In this document: piece after piece, positions 41,086 through 52,348 of the stretch | Numbering within the stretch: the stretch's first letter is position 1 | How the letters are laid out: every line of letters begins with the position of its first letter | NCBI GenBank assembly: GCA_030704615.1 | Contig: CM060732.1 | Location: 4,154,001-4,218,000 of the forward strand | Reading direction: 5' to 3' | From: Takakia lepidozioides | Taxonomy: Eukaryota > Plantae > Bryophyta | Length of the DNA stretch: 64,000 nucleotides | Made by a program: the position numbers and the translations under genes | Notes under the pieces: model-generated | Databases searched by the model: none | Told to the model about the DNA's origin: nothing | The model's input: the letters and a program-made list of their open reading frames with translations, nothing else

Positions 41086-41339
41086 AGGGAATCCACCATA
41101 TGGATATTTGCAATTGCATTTTTATGCATTAGACTTTGTTTTGCAGTGTAATGAATTGCACCCCAAAACTCCTGGAATGAGACAGACAATATTAAAGTGA
41201 TGTCTTTTAAACACTAGGGACTGTTGGATATCCGTTGACGTCCAGTGGCAATTCAATGTCGAAACAGAATCAATACAAAGATGACGGCAGGAAAAATTTG
41301 CAAATCTTCCAGAATATTGAATTCCAACAGTTGCAGTTG

Positions 41340-41916
41340 AGGGGGCCATTTCTAGAAAAATGGCGCCGAATTTCCCTTTTTTGGGCCGAAAACTGGCTAA
41401 GTCCCAACATTGTCTGCAAACGATGTTTGGAAAAATGGCGCCGAATTTCCAGTTACATGGCCCAGAACTGCCCAACATTTGTGCAATGCCCGGCACCATG
41501 TACCGAAATTCAGCGCCACATTTCCAAATTTTGGGCTTACACTTCAATGAAGTTGGGACCTATAACCGCGAAATTCGGCACCATTTTTCGCTGGAGTCAC
41601 CTATTACCGCGCAATACGTCGCCGGTTTTTCTGCTTGCGGAACCTATTACCGCGAAATTCGGCGCCATTTTTGCAGATGTCGCTCGGAATTCGCATGAGC
41701 GGAAGACGAAATATCATGAGCACGGCTTTCAAAACTACAATTTCTACTTCAAACAATGAATATTATATTGGTTTTGTTTTTGTTTTTTTGGGGACACATC
41801 CCATTAAAATAATATTTTTAATGTTTTTTATTTGCAGAATTTGTACTTCTGCTCATGAAAACCGATTGTCTCACTACTCCGCTCATGCCGCTCATGCTCA
41901 TGAAATAGCTAACCTC
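41340..41916 (+). mobile_element. MULE right subterminal region and right TIR
   Basis: Variant palindromes AAAATGGCGCCGAATTT / GAAATTCGGCGCCATTTT. Terminus ...GCTCATGAAATAGCTAACCTC (41916) is the imperfect inverse of the left TIR. Confidence 0.75.
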
Positions 41917-43696
41917 TCCACAAATGTGCTGTTACCGCAACAATACATCATAGCCGACTCATCAAATCCGCTATCGCCTCCCATTGCAAACTATATATCC
42001 ATTACCAAAACAAGCCATTCCCCTTCTTAGGCCCAGATGAACCATATACTTACCTAGGCATCCAACTGTCCCCTCCCTCACTTGGCAAGTTCAGAAAGCA
42101 CCATGTTATCCAAATTAGCCAATAAGAGTATGGCCCTCCTCAAATCCCCAGCTGCTATTAGACCCAAATTATCCATCATACAATCAGTATTAAAAACCCA
42201 AGTTCAATATTCGTTCCATGCCGCGCCCTTCTCCCTCCCGGACATTAAACAACTAGACAATAGCATTGTTCAGCTTACAAAACATATATGTGGCCTGCCC
42301 CCTAATGCCCTCACCCAACTTCCAACAGATAGCTACGAGATTGGCTCTCCTACGCCCGCACCTTAGGCACACAATTACAAGAGGTCGCACCTTAGGCATA
42401 ATCTATCAAGGACTTCTTAAATTTCTTGCCTTAAAATACAATGGACTCTACTCTCTGCCATCACTACACCCACAAGCATACCTACATTCCCCTACCGCAC
42501 GCGCTCTATTCATTTTACGTCAAATGAAAATTAGTATACAAACCGATCTACCAAACTACCCTAATACCTCGTCACCGTTTGAATTCACCTGGCTCACAAG
42601 CCCTTTTCTCCCTTAATTTGATAGATCTTACCCAAAACAAAAATTACCCGTCCTCGCCTATTTTAAGGAACGCCATATTACCACCCTTACCCAACTCACC
42701 ACTGCCACGGGTCACCGACTCCTAACCCCAAGCGAGTTCACCCTTAAACACTCCAGGTCTACAGCAAAAACCAATCAATACCTCCAACTCCTTCGTACCC
42801 TATTTTGCCACCCCTCAGCCTCATGTACCCTTGAATGCGAGATCCCTTGCTTACACTTCCCCCACACCCCTCAAGACTTACTACCCCAATACAGATCAGC
42901 CCCAACAACCTCCATACTTCAGCAGCTTAAAGCCTCCTATGAGACTAATAACTACACACCTCCTGAACCCAATCCCCCATCCCAGCCACCCTCTATCGAC
43001 AACGACGCATTATGCCATGATAGCCCTCAATCCCCACACACCTCCTCTAACGTCACCTTAGAGACCCCCACCCTTCCCCAACCAACATCAATAACGAGCC
43101 CCACAACTTGCTTACTCAAGCCTGAAAACCCCAATGTTTTCATCATAGAGGCTATCCATCCAGACCTCCATAGACCCCTTTGGAGCCACCTGTATAGATA
43201 CATTTTATTATTGTAAATGGGCAGGCTTCCCATCAGATGACAACACATGGCAAATTCCGGTCACATGATGATTATGATCCTGCCCACAACCTTACCCTCC
43301 TCACTACTTTTCACAAACGCACCAACATGAATTACCTGACATATATACATCAACAGCACGCTTCCCCCGCCCAAGTAGTAGACACCCGATACATACATAA
43401 CCCGGTAAATGCCCCCAACATACACATATGTACGACTGAATGTTAGTCTGCCGTTGGGAATAAGACCAATGTAACGGCCGTATTGGGCGTAGATGTTGGA
43501 AATACGGGGGCCGATAAATAACGTAGGGGGGTCGTGTTCAATGTCTTTATCGGGGTTATGGGAAAATTATTCCGCCACAAAGATATACTTGCAAACATTA
43601 CAACCCCCCAAACAAGACTTTGTCGTTGAGCTATGTTGGCTCATAGACCGCTATCTCAAAGGCTGGCCCCCCCCCCCCCCCCCCCCACCCCCCCCC

Positions 43697-43734
<38 letters not shown>

Positions 43735-44125
43735 CGGGGAAACCACGCACCCTCAATCGACTGGCAACGGCATGCGCTCAACACTATACCCCAGGACATT
43801 CTCGGGTTACTCATCAATTCATTTCAACTCACTCCAGATGACATCTGCTGGCTGAACGTAAGTCTGGTGTACGCTTTAGCAATCCTTGTAATGATGATGG
43901 GCATAACTTGCCCACTCATCCCACGGGAAGAGCACATTATTACTCCAGCCCACTTACATGCCCAATGGAATTAACTTCATTTGCAACACCACAAGGATTG
44001 CATCTTCGGAGCACAGGAACTGCCACCCAGCATACCTGGGCTGGCAGAGGCCTTGCCCACCCTCCCCCTGGTACCTCCGCTCATGAAGCTCTCCAATGGG
44101 CATGCTTTGCCGCTCACTCCTCCCC
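41917..44125 (+). mobile_element. Degenerate RandI/Dualen-like LINE fragment (post-RT region, chromodomain-like and amino-MTase-like motifs)
   Basis: EPYTYLGI (RT end), YSFHAAPFS..DIK.LD, K.ICGLP; YYCKWAGFPSDDNTW; YSSPLTCP...FG...W.G.GLAHPP...AL.WA. Same C/A-rich bias as 887-2208. Confidence 0.55.
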
Positions 44126-44639
44126 CCAAGAAATAGGTAACAGAGATGATGAGAAGTTGTGGAATGAATGCTTTTCTTACCCAGTCAATGGTGGGACAAT
44201 CGAGGCAAGAAGGTGAATGCCTGTATGATTCTAGAGAATAGCAGATGCAATTGAGCATAGGAACGAGTGTGATAAGTTGAGTTGGGTGTTTCCTAGAACA
44301 AATCTAGGCTTTCATTTTCAGCTGCTAGCAGCAAGGCAAGGATACTTCCTCGGTACTTTCTAGCCTGGTGAGGCATCTGGGCACTGTCCCTTTTCTATGT
44401 GCCCATCAAGCACATTTTGAGGACAATTTACCTCGTTTTAACTTGATTAAATGGGCCTTCGAACCCTTTTTGCCAATGAAGAGTATTCTACACCAATGTG
44501 AACTATCACATGTAAGTTATTCCACACTAGTGTACAATAACCCATATGCAAGTAACCTCACACATGACACCTGTGAAAAAAAACTTACATATAGGTGGCC
44601 CATGCAATTGTCAATTTAATTTTAATTTTTCAAAACCTA

Positions 44640-44969
44640 CGTGGCATCATCGCCGACTGCCATGTGTCTGCCATGTTGTCTAGTAGGGTGTAAGATAAGC
44701 AGTCAAAATCTTCAGTCAAAACGGGTGTAAGAAAAAACCAGTCAAACTGGGTGTAAAAAAAACCATGTGAAAAAGGCTAGCCATGCGGGGCGCCACGTCA
44801 GGGTGTACACGGGTGTAAAATGGCTTTTTTGACACCACTGGCTTTTTCTACAGGGTGGCGGAATCAACACGGTTTACCTGACACGCAGGGGGGTACTGTG
44901 AACATATGGTTTTTTTTACACCTGCAAGTGTAAAAAAGGGTGTAAAAAAAGCCAGTATCTCTTGTAGTG
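44640..44969. mobile_element. Orphan CACTA (En/Spm) element end
   Basis: Reverse complement from 44969 reads CACTACAAGAGATACTGGC; subterminal GGGTGTAA(A/G)AAAA repeats in both orientations. No matching opposite end seen. Confidence 0.75.
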
Positions 44970-45704
44970 TATATCTATCTGTCCCGCTTGTGAACCATGA
45001 TTTCAGCTGAGGACAGACCTCCGTAAACTAGCAGTAAGGTGTAAATGACTTGCAATTGGAATGCACTGTCTGGAGGTAGAGGTAGAAGTATACTGGAAAG
45101 AATCTGGAGCTGAGAGATAGTTGCAGAAGGGTATTGGCGCAACACTCTCTTCTTCCTTTCGGTAGAGTTGCGTTCACAACAATCCAACTATATACTCCGT
45201 CATATGTGCCATGGAAGCTTGGCTCTTATTCTCCATGCCGCCACTTCCGCACTTCCTATTAAGGATTACCTATATGCCTGCCGCCAAGACATGAATTGTC
45301 TTTTCCCTGTACTTCTCTTACGATCTGCTGAACTTCCTGTAGGTGTGGATGGCTGGATCTATAGTGTCGTGACTCTTTGCTACAGTGTTCACAGTATCTT
45401 ACTGGTGGTGGAATGAGTTTCTGTTCTCCTTCATCTCTATCTTCAGCTTCATTTATCAAAACCATTTCTTGTGGAACTCCGCCGTCTTTCTTGCAATAAC
45501 TGTTTACATATAGTATGCTTTTGCGGCTTGTCATTCTCCTGAGTAAACCTAACTGTTCTGGTGTCATAATGATAGTGTCCATATCCCATGGCTCGTCTAT
45601 GGTGAGTTTGATTTAAATAACGTGTTTGACCTCCGCATGCGGGGTGGCATTTCCATTTACCTCCATGGAAAGAGCTGGCAACCGGCAAAACTGCAATGTC
45701 GAAA

Positions 45705-45876
45705 ACGGAAATGCGGCACCGCATTTCCGTTCGGCCGAACAGTTTCTGATTGTCCAAACATGAAACGGAAATTGTTCTTGCCCCGGTTTTGGAAATGCGG
45801 TGCCGCATTTCCAAACGAGGTTTTTGCAGTTGCCACATTTCCGTTCCTACATGGAAATGCGGTGCCGCATTTCTGA
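45705..45876. repeat. Small cluster of the MULE palindrome downstream of the accessory gene
   Basis: GGAAATGCGGYRCCGCATTTC at ~45707, ~45791 and ~45853. Confidence 0.85.
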
Positions 45877-46010
45877 TTTTGGGAGGGACGTGGTTTGGAC
45901 GATGGTGTCGTTGAGAAGCACATGGGAGAGGGGACATGAAGGACGGGGAGAATTTCCTTTATATACTCTGGAAGAGAATTTAAATGTACAGAGAGTTCAT
46001 TAAAATTCTA

Positions 46011-49000
46011 TTAATCTTGAAAATCATCAGTATCGTCGTCCTGTCCTTGACTGTCTTGCTCCGCCTCCACCCCGTCATTGCCTTTCTCATCTCCAGCGGA
46101 CTGCTCGTTGGCCAGGCTTTCAAAAATCCCATCTTCCCCTTGCGGAACCGACCATCTCACCTCCGTTGGGTCGTCGTCCTCCCTGTCTGCATCGCTCTCA
46201 TCCGCTAAATCACATATGAACTTTCGCGCCCGTCTACCAGTCTCAGCTGCTGCCAACTCTTTCCTTATCCTTCTGTCCTCCCTAGCCCTCTCCAAAATCT
46301 GCTCTACTTTACTGGGATTCTCACATCGTCTAATCGTTGTATTTGTGAGTTTAGCTGCATAACTAGGAAGGGAATAGTCCTTCACCGGGCTCATCATGAA
46401 GTCGGCCCTCGCAAAGAACGGGACATTCTTCCTGGCAGGAAATGTAGGCCCTACATGTTTCAACCCGGATCCTGGAATCTTGCACATAACAATCACCAAC
46501 GAGACCAATGAGAACCACAGTCCGGAAATGCGTTTGACAAAAAATCACCCAGAAGGCTTTGCAAACTTACAATGTTTGCACTCACTCGTATTCCGGGTTC
46601 TCCTCAGCATCAATGTCCACTGTGTCTTCCTCCGACTCCGACGAATCCGAGGAGTCTTTGGCTTCGATGGGAGCCTTCACATTCCGTTGAAGCCTTCCAG
46701 ATGGGATCCCCAGACGGATGTGTCCTCCTCGTAGGCAAAGAGGTGCCGGTCGGAAAACCGCCCAGCCCACATTGAGGCACCTGTTACAATGCCATCCACA
46801 CATTATAACATGGCCCTTCAGATGTTGCGAATTAAAGCATAACGAGAATTTGCAGAACAGCATAGAACAAGATTCTGCATACCTGTCCCACAGATGAGGT
46901 CGAGCACTGTGCCCTCCACGTCAGTGCATGTCTCCATAATTGTCTGAATGAAGGCAGGGCTCCGAGTCCGTGAATACCGCAGGGGTTCCGTTGAAGTGAG
47001 GCTATGAGGGAGAAGTTCTGTGGGAACGTTGTTGAACAGGACGTCGTAATCGATGGGGTCGCAGTTCGGGGTCAACCAACAATCCCTCCTTCCGGAAAGC
47101 AAAGGTGGAGTTCTCCTTCAAAAGCAGTATGCATCGAACTGCTTCGTTTGCATACACAGTGGGGAACGATTAGAAATCGAATGCGGCACCGCATTTCAAA
47201 ACACCTAAGAAAATGAAAGGACGAGTGCCAATGTCGTAATTACCTTCTTCCCTTCCGACCGAAGGCCCAATGTGTTGATGCACGTCCACTTCTTCTTCAG
47301 AATTGGGACGGCGCTCTTGTAGGTCCACTTTGCAATTCCTGTCTGCGTGTTTTTGCCTCTGCCCGCCAGGACAACCACACAGCCTCTGTCGTCCAACACC
47401 ATGCGGGCGAGCCCGAATCCTTTCTTCCAAAAGTCCTCGGAGTACCTATTCCAAGATGGCAAAGCTTGTAGTCCTTCCACAGGCTCTCCGTCCGGAATAT
47501 CCAAGATGATCATATCGCAAGACCACTCGGTGGCATTTCCGCCCCTCCTACAATCCTTGTCTGCACACAACCTCTCAAAGAACGAGACCATCTTTAGAAA
47601 CCCAGGGGTGTCGGAAGGCTCTTCGGTAGCCGCCTTCTTCAGTGCTCTGCCCTTCAGATCATGGTCTTCATGTATGCCAACTTGGCTGCCCGTCCATCCA
47701 AAGCCGCCAAGAAACTCTCATTTACACACTGGACTACTATATCGGGATCCACTTTCGGCCTCTTCATTTCCACCAGTTCGAAAGGGTGCCCCCCCGGGGG
47801 GTTGAACAGTGCCTTCTTTGCCGAGCCTGTTCTCATCCCTCTCGTGACAACGGTGGGCACAGGGGATTTCGGCTACGTTTTGGGGGGTGGGCTGGTTGCA
47901 AAGTCTCCATCGGAGTCCTCTTCGTCACCCTCTTCTTGCTCTATCTGTTTCTGCTTCTTCGTTTTCTTGGGTGTCACAACTGCTGCTCCTTGCTGGCGAG
48001 TCCTCTTCTTCGACCCCTTCTGTTGAGTCTGCACAGCTGCATCCACCGTCTTCTGTGCCATCTCAGCTGCCTTTCTGGATTGTTCCAGAGCAGCAGCTTC
48101 CTTTGCCAACTCTGGCCAGGGACACGTCTTTCCTTTCTCTTCTCTTCTGCTTTCGCGTGCAGATCTTTCACAGACTCGTCAACAATTCCGCCAGACATGT
48201 CCAGGTACCACGGGCATCCAACGAGATGCGCGGCATGCCATTGTTTCTGCATCTCGGGTGTGTAGACACAGCTTGGGCCCGCCACGGTCCAAGCCATGAA
48301 GAATGGGGGCTCTTGAGCCAGGGCCCCTGTCTGAAGAAGCACGTATTTCATATACCTGCAGGGCAGTCAGCATGCGTGAGCAAAAGTTGAGACCAACGTA
48401 CTCGCAGAGTGCAACCAAAAACATAAAATGCGAATGCGGTGCCCCATTTCCCAGAGAAACCTCATAACCAGGCTTCGCATACAAGGGCAGCTGGGCTTCA
48501 CCTGTAAACAATTCGCATTGCAACTTTTCCCGCTCCCTCCTGATGTGTAAACTCCACCTCCTCCTTCTTGCTGTCTGCAGCTCCTTGGCGAAGAGGTTTG
48601 TCCTTGTACGCACATCTGAAACGTGTCACGTAGTCTTCCAATGTCTGTGTTCCATCCCATTTGACATACAAGCCGAACAAATTTGTATGCATTACGACTT
48701 GCTCCTTCGCATTCGTCATTACCTGCGATTCCCACATGCATTGTCACGTAGCAGTTCAGGGAATTCATTTCAGAAAAGCAATCGGGGAAGTACCTTGAAT
48801 TACCTGGAACCACCAAGTCATGCGGTTGAGCCACACATCCACTGCAGGGTCGGAAACTTCGAGTGGAAAAGACCACATTGTCCTTATACTCTCCGATGCA
48901 TTCCAGATCGACAGCAACCGTGTCTGCCATTTCCGATCCAATGTCAGGAGCAGGAAGAAGAGTGCTATTGCTAGGAAGGAACTTCAGTGCATTGTAACCT

Positions 49001-51057
49001 CACCTTCTCTTTCGCCTCAACACATGCCGTTGAGAGGTGATGCAGTTTCTCCAACTGCATAGTCGGCTGCATGGCCCGAGAATTGTGTTTTGCAATCTCG
49101 GGGATGAAGTCCTTTCCAAGTGCCGGATCTACAATGGCCACCAGCTTCACAAGCTTTGACTTGTATTTCGTTCTGGACTTGACCCCGGCTTCCTTCAAGT
49201 GCTCAGTCAATGACTGCAACGTTTTGACCTGCCCCTCACTTTCCATGAAGAAGCGTTTGGCATGGGCCACATCCAGCTTGATGTTTGACTGCCAACAAAA
49301 ACATGCAGAAGCGTTACATTCGATTCATGTGGAAAGATTACTGAAAATTGGGGAAGGATGAGCAGAGGGAAATGGGAGAACGACTTACTTCGTATATCAC
49401 CTCCACCATTCCATCCATAGTGAGACGATACCATGTCCGGTCAGTTTTTGCCACGGCTTTTTGAATGAGCTCGAGCTCCCACATTTCCGCAAACATGTGC
49501 GGGATCAGTGAGACCAGTTTTCCTTCTGTACAGCATATGTGCCATGTGGGTATGCACGTACGCATTTTCAGTGACCCTGCAAGGCACACTCTCCAGTTCA
49601 GTCCACGGAAGCACGGAAACAAAACATATTGGAAACCGAAATGCGGCACTGCATTTCGAACGTGCTTGGGAGGATATGAGTATCTTACGAGTTGAGGTCC
49701 GCCATGGCATTCTTGAGCAGGGAGGAGTCTGCCGCCTTCACCTTGAGGATGACACACTCCACCATGTAATGCTAGCCAATATGCTTGGCATGGTTCTGCT
49801 TGATGTACTCCCATCAGGCAAGAAGTCGGTGATTCCCGTCCCACACAAAGAACATTTTACCCGACATATGGCCGAAGTCTGGATCACCCTTTAGCGTTGC
49901 CTCGAATTTGTCGTTGCGAGTGTGCCAGTGGGTATCCCATGTTGACAATTCATCCGCAGTGGGTCCACGAGTTTCGCCGTCCTCATTCTCAATGGAAACG
50001 TAGAAGGCTGGCGAACCTAGACGGTACCCTTCTCGAAATGCAAACTTGAGCTTATCCACATCTCCGGGAAGTGCCTGCCTGACGATGGGAAGGGAGACCA
50101 TGCGACAGAGTGGGATTCGAAGAGTCCGCTGGAATACCCTGCTGCCCAGAACTCTGCCAATGCTACTATGTGTCTCTTGCACTCTGGGGAATCTTTGCGG
50201 GCAATTCTGCCATTGCAGAGGCCTCCTCCGGGCCTGCAGTATTATGAAGATCTTCCTCAACGGTGGTCAGGTCTTGCTGTGAACGTTGAGTGGCAACACC
50301 CTCCTCCGGTAACAGATCGACGAAATCGGTCGATCCCATTGCCTTCGCTGTAGCAGAGACACCCCCAACATCACCAGGCTGGAAATCAAGCAGGAACTGG
50401 GCTTCAGCTCGTGGAATCGGTTTTGCGGGAGACTGCTCCGCCCTCCCCCTGATTGCCTTGTGCTTCCTCATTCTTGCAGGTGAAGGTGTCTGCTGCAATT
50501 GAATCTGCCCTGTACCCTTCTGCTTCATTTGCCTGGGTGGGGAGGAAACGGCCTGGTCCGGTTCAGAAACCAGTTAAAGGACGGGCTGCTTCTTCTTCGT
50601 CTTTGCTGGAGAAGTGCCCGACCCCTGCTGGCGATTCTCCATGACCTTTGAACGCGAGTCGCTCTCTGGGGCTTTGAACTACAAAGACTTGCCCTTCGAA
50701 GCCGCGTCCTTGAAACGCACAGGGCTAGGCCCGGCAGGAAGACCCGTGCTCGTGGATCGGCTGGGTGTGCGTGCTGCAGCTAGCTCCACGGACTCTTCCT
50801 GCGGCTCTTTGGATTCCTGCGATCCCTCCAGCACGTCCACCTTTCCAGTTAGGCATGCAAACATCTTCGGCATTCAAGTCTCCTAGCATACAGTCTAAGA
50901 ATTGCAGAAGAAAAATGAGGGGGGTTTCGGTGCTCGATCAGCTGTGCGCATCCCGATAGCATGGAGCTCTCACTTGTGGCAGGGTTGCCTACGTGGCCTG
51001 CTGCTGCGAGATGGCAATCTCCTCCTATAGACGCATCTGCTTCCTCCCCTTCGGCAT
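46011..51057 (-). pseudogene. Spliced MULE accessory gene: ParB/Srx-type domain + beta-class N4C/N6A DNA methyltransferase-like domain
   Basis: VWDGNHRLLA (49817-49846); CDMIILDIPDG...LDDRGCVVV (motif IV region, ~47380-47520); RSPAFIQTIMETCT..EGTVLDLICGT|GASMWAGRFSDRHLFAYEED across a GT-AG intron (46881-46781). Several premature stops and frameshifts. Confidence 0.72.
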
Positions 51058-51491
51058 TGGCCTACGTCCGAAGTACAATTTTCGGAGCTTGCGACGATGT
51101 CTCTTCTCTGGTGCACGAACTCCCTCCTTCTCAGGTTCGAGCAAAAGAAGAACAGAGACAGGGAAAAGGGGCAAAGAGTGCAGATGGAAAGGGCGCGAGA
51201 AGGGTGACTGAGTAAACACGACAAAAGAAGATGAAACGGCGGTGATGCACCACTTGGGTTCGAAAGGCTTGGACGAAAGTGTCTCCTCGTGGACTACGTG
51301 TCATTACGAAATTCGAATCGTCAAGGGTACGACTGCCGTCCGAAAAACAAACATCATTAACCAATGGTCAGGCCGCGCCGCCTCCTGCCACTTCAGTCAA
51401 ATAGAGTGCAGACATGTGCCGCAATTCTGTTGGTCCACGTGCTCACATATCATGGCATTTCCATCCCAACGTCTGATGTGTTAGAGTGAAA

Positions 51492-52348
51492 ACGCAAATG
51501 CGGCGCCGCATTTCCGTTAAGTACCATCCAGAAGCTACACATACCGTACTTGTTGGAAGAAAATGCGGCACCGCATTTCCGTTCCACCTTCACATACCTT
51601 AGTTGTTGAACGGAAATGCGGTGCCGCATTTCCGTTCTGGAGAGTATGAAGGTCTCACACGGACGGAAATGCGGCACCGCATTTCCGTCCCACAGCTCCA
51701 TGCTTGAGATACAAAAGGGAAATGCGGCGCCGCATTTCCGTTCTGAAATGTCGGAAGGTGCGACTCGGACGGAAATGCGGTGCCGCATTTCAGTTCCGGT
51801 GGTTCACGATTTTCAGTCAGAACGGAAATGCGGTACCGCTACAAAACGGAAATGCGGCGCCGCATTTCCATTCTGGAATGTCGGAAGGTGCGACTCGGAC
51901 GGAAATGCGGTGCCGCATTTCAATTCCGGTGGTTCACGATTTTCAGTCAGAACGGAAATGCGGTACCGCATTTCCGTTCTGGAGAGTATGAAGGTCTCCC
52001 TCTGACGGAAATGCAGAGCCGCATTTCCGTCCCACAGCTCCATGCCTGAGATAGAAAACAGAAATGCGGTGCCGCATTTCAATTCCGGTGGTTCACGATT
52101 TTCGCTGTGGGACGGAAATGCGGTACCGCATTTCCGTTCTGGAGAGTATGAAGGTCTCCCCCGGACGGAAATGTGGTGCCGCATTTCCCTCCCACAGCTC
52201 CATGCCACAGATTTAAAACGGAAATGCGGGGCCGCATTCCTCGTCTGTAATGTCGGAAGGTGCGACTCGGATGGAAATGCGGTGCCGCATTTCAGTTCCA
52301 GTGGTTCATGATTTTCAATCAGAACGGAAATGTGGTACCGCATTTCCG
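51492..52348. repeat. Palindrome array, ~17 units, 53-bp period, cut by the Gypsy insertion
   Basis: Starts 51557, 51610, 51663, 51716, 51769, 51822 ... 52165, 52218, 52271, 52324. Confidence 0.95.

Noticed and set aside
43667-43733. Polyproline ORFs
   Set aside because: Poly-C tract within decayed LINE sequence; its length may be a sequencing artefact.
44525-44545. CACTAG as left partner of the CACTA end
   Set aside because: Sequence beyond CACTA does not match the TIR at 44969 and no 3-bp TSD pair is evident.
44975-45600. Minus-strand ORF fragments beside the CACTA end
   Set aside because: No recognisable domain; cannot assign.
51450-52343. ORFs with TEMRCRIS / GNAAPHF / RKCGAAF repeats (also 23300-24100 and 25890-27330)
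   Set aside because: Translations of the palindrome in all frames and both strands; a 53-bp period is not a multiple of 3.
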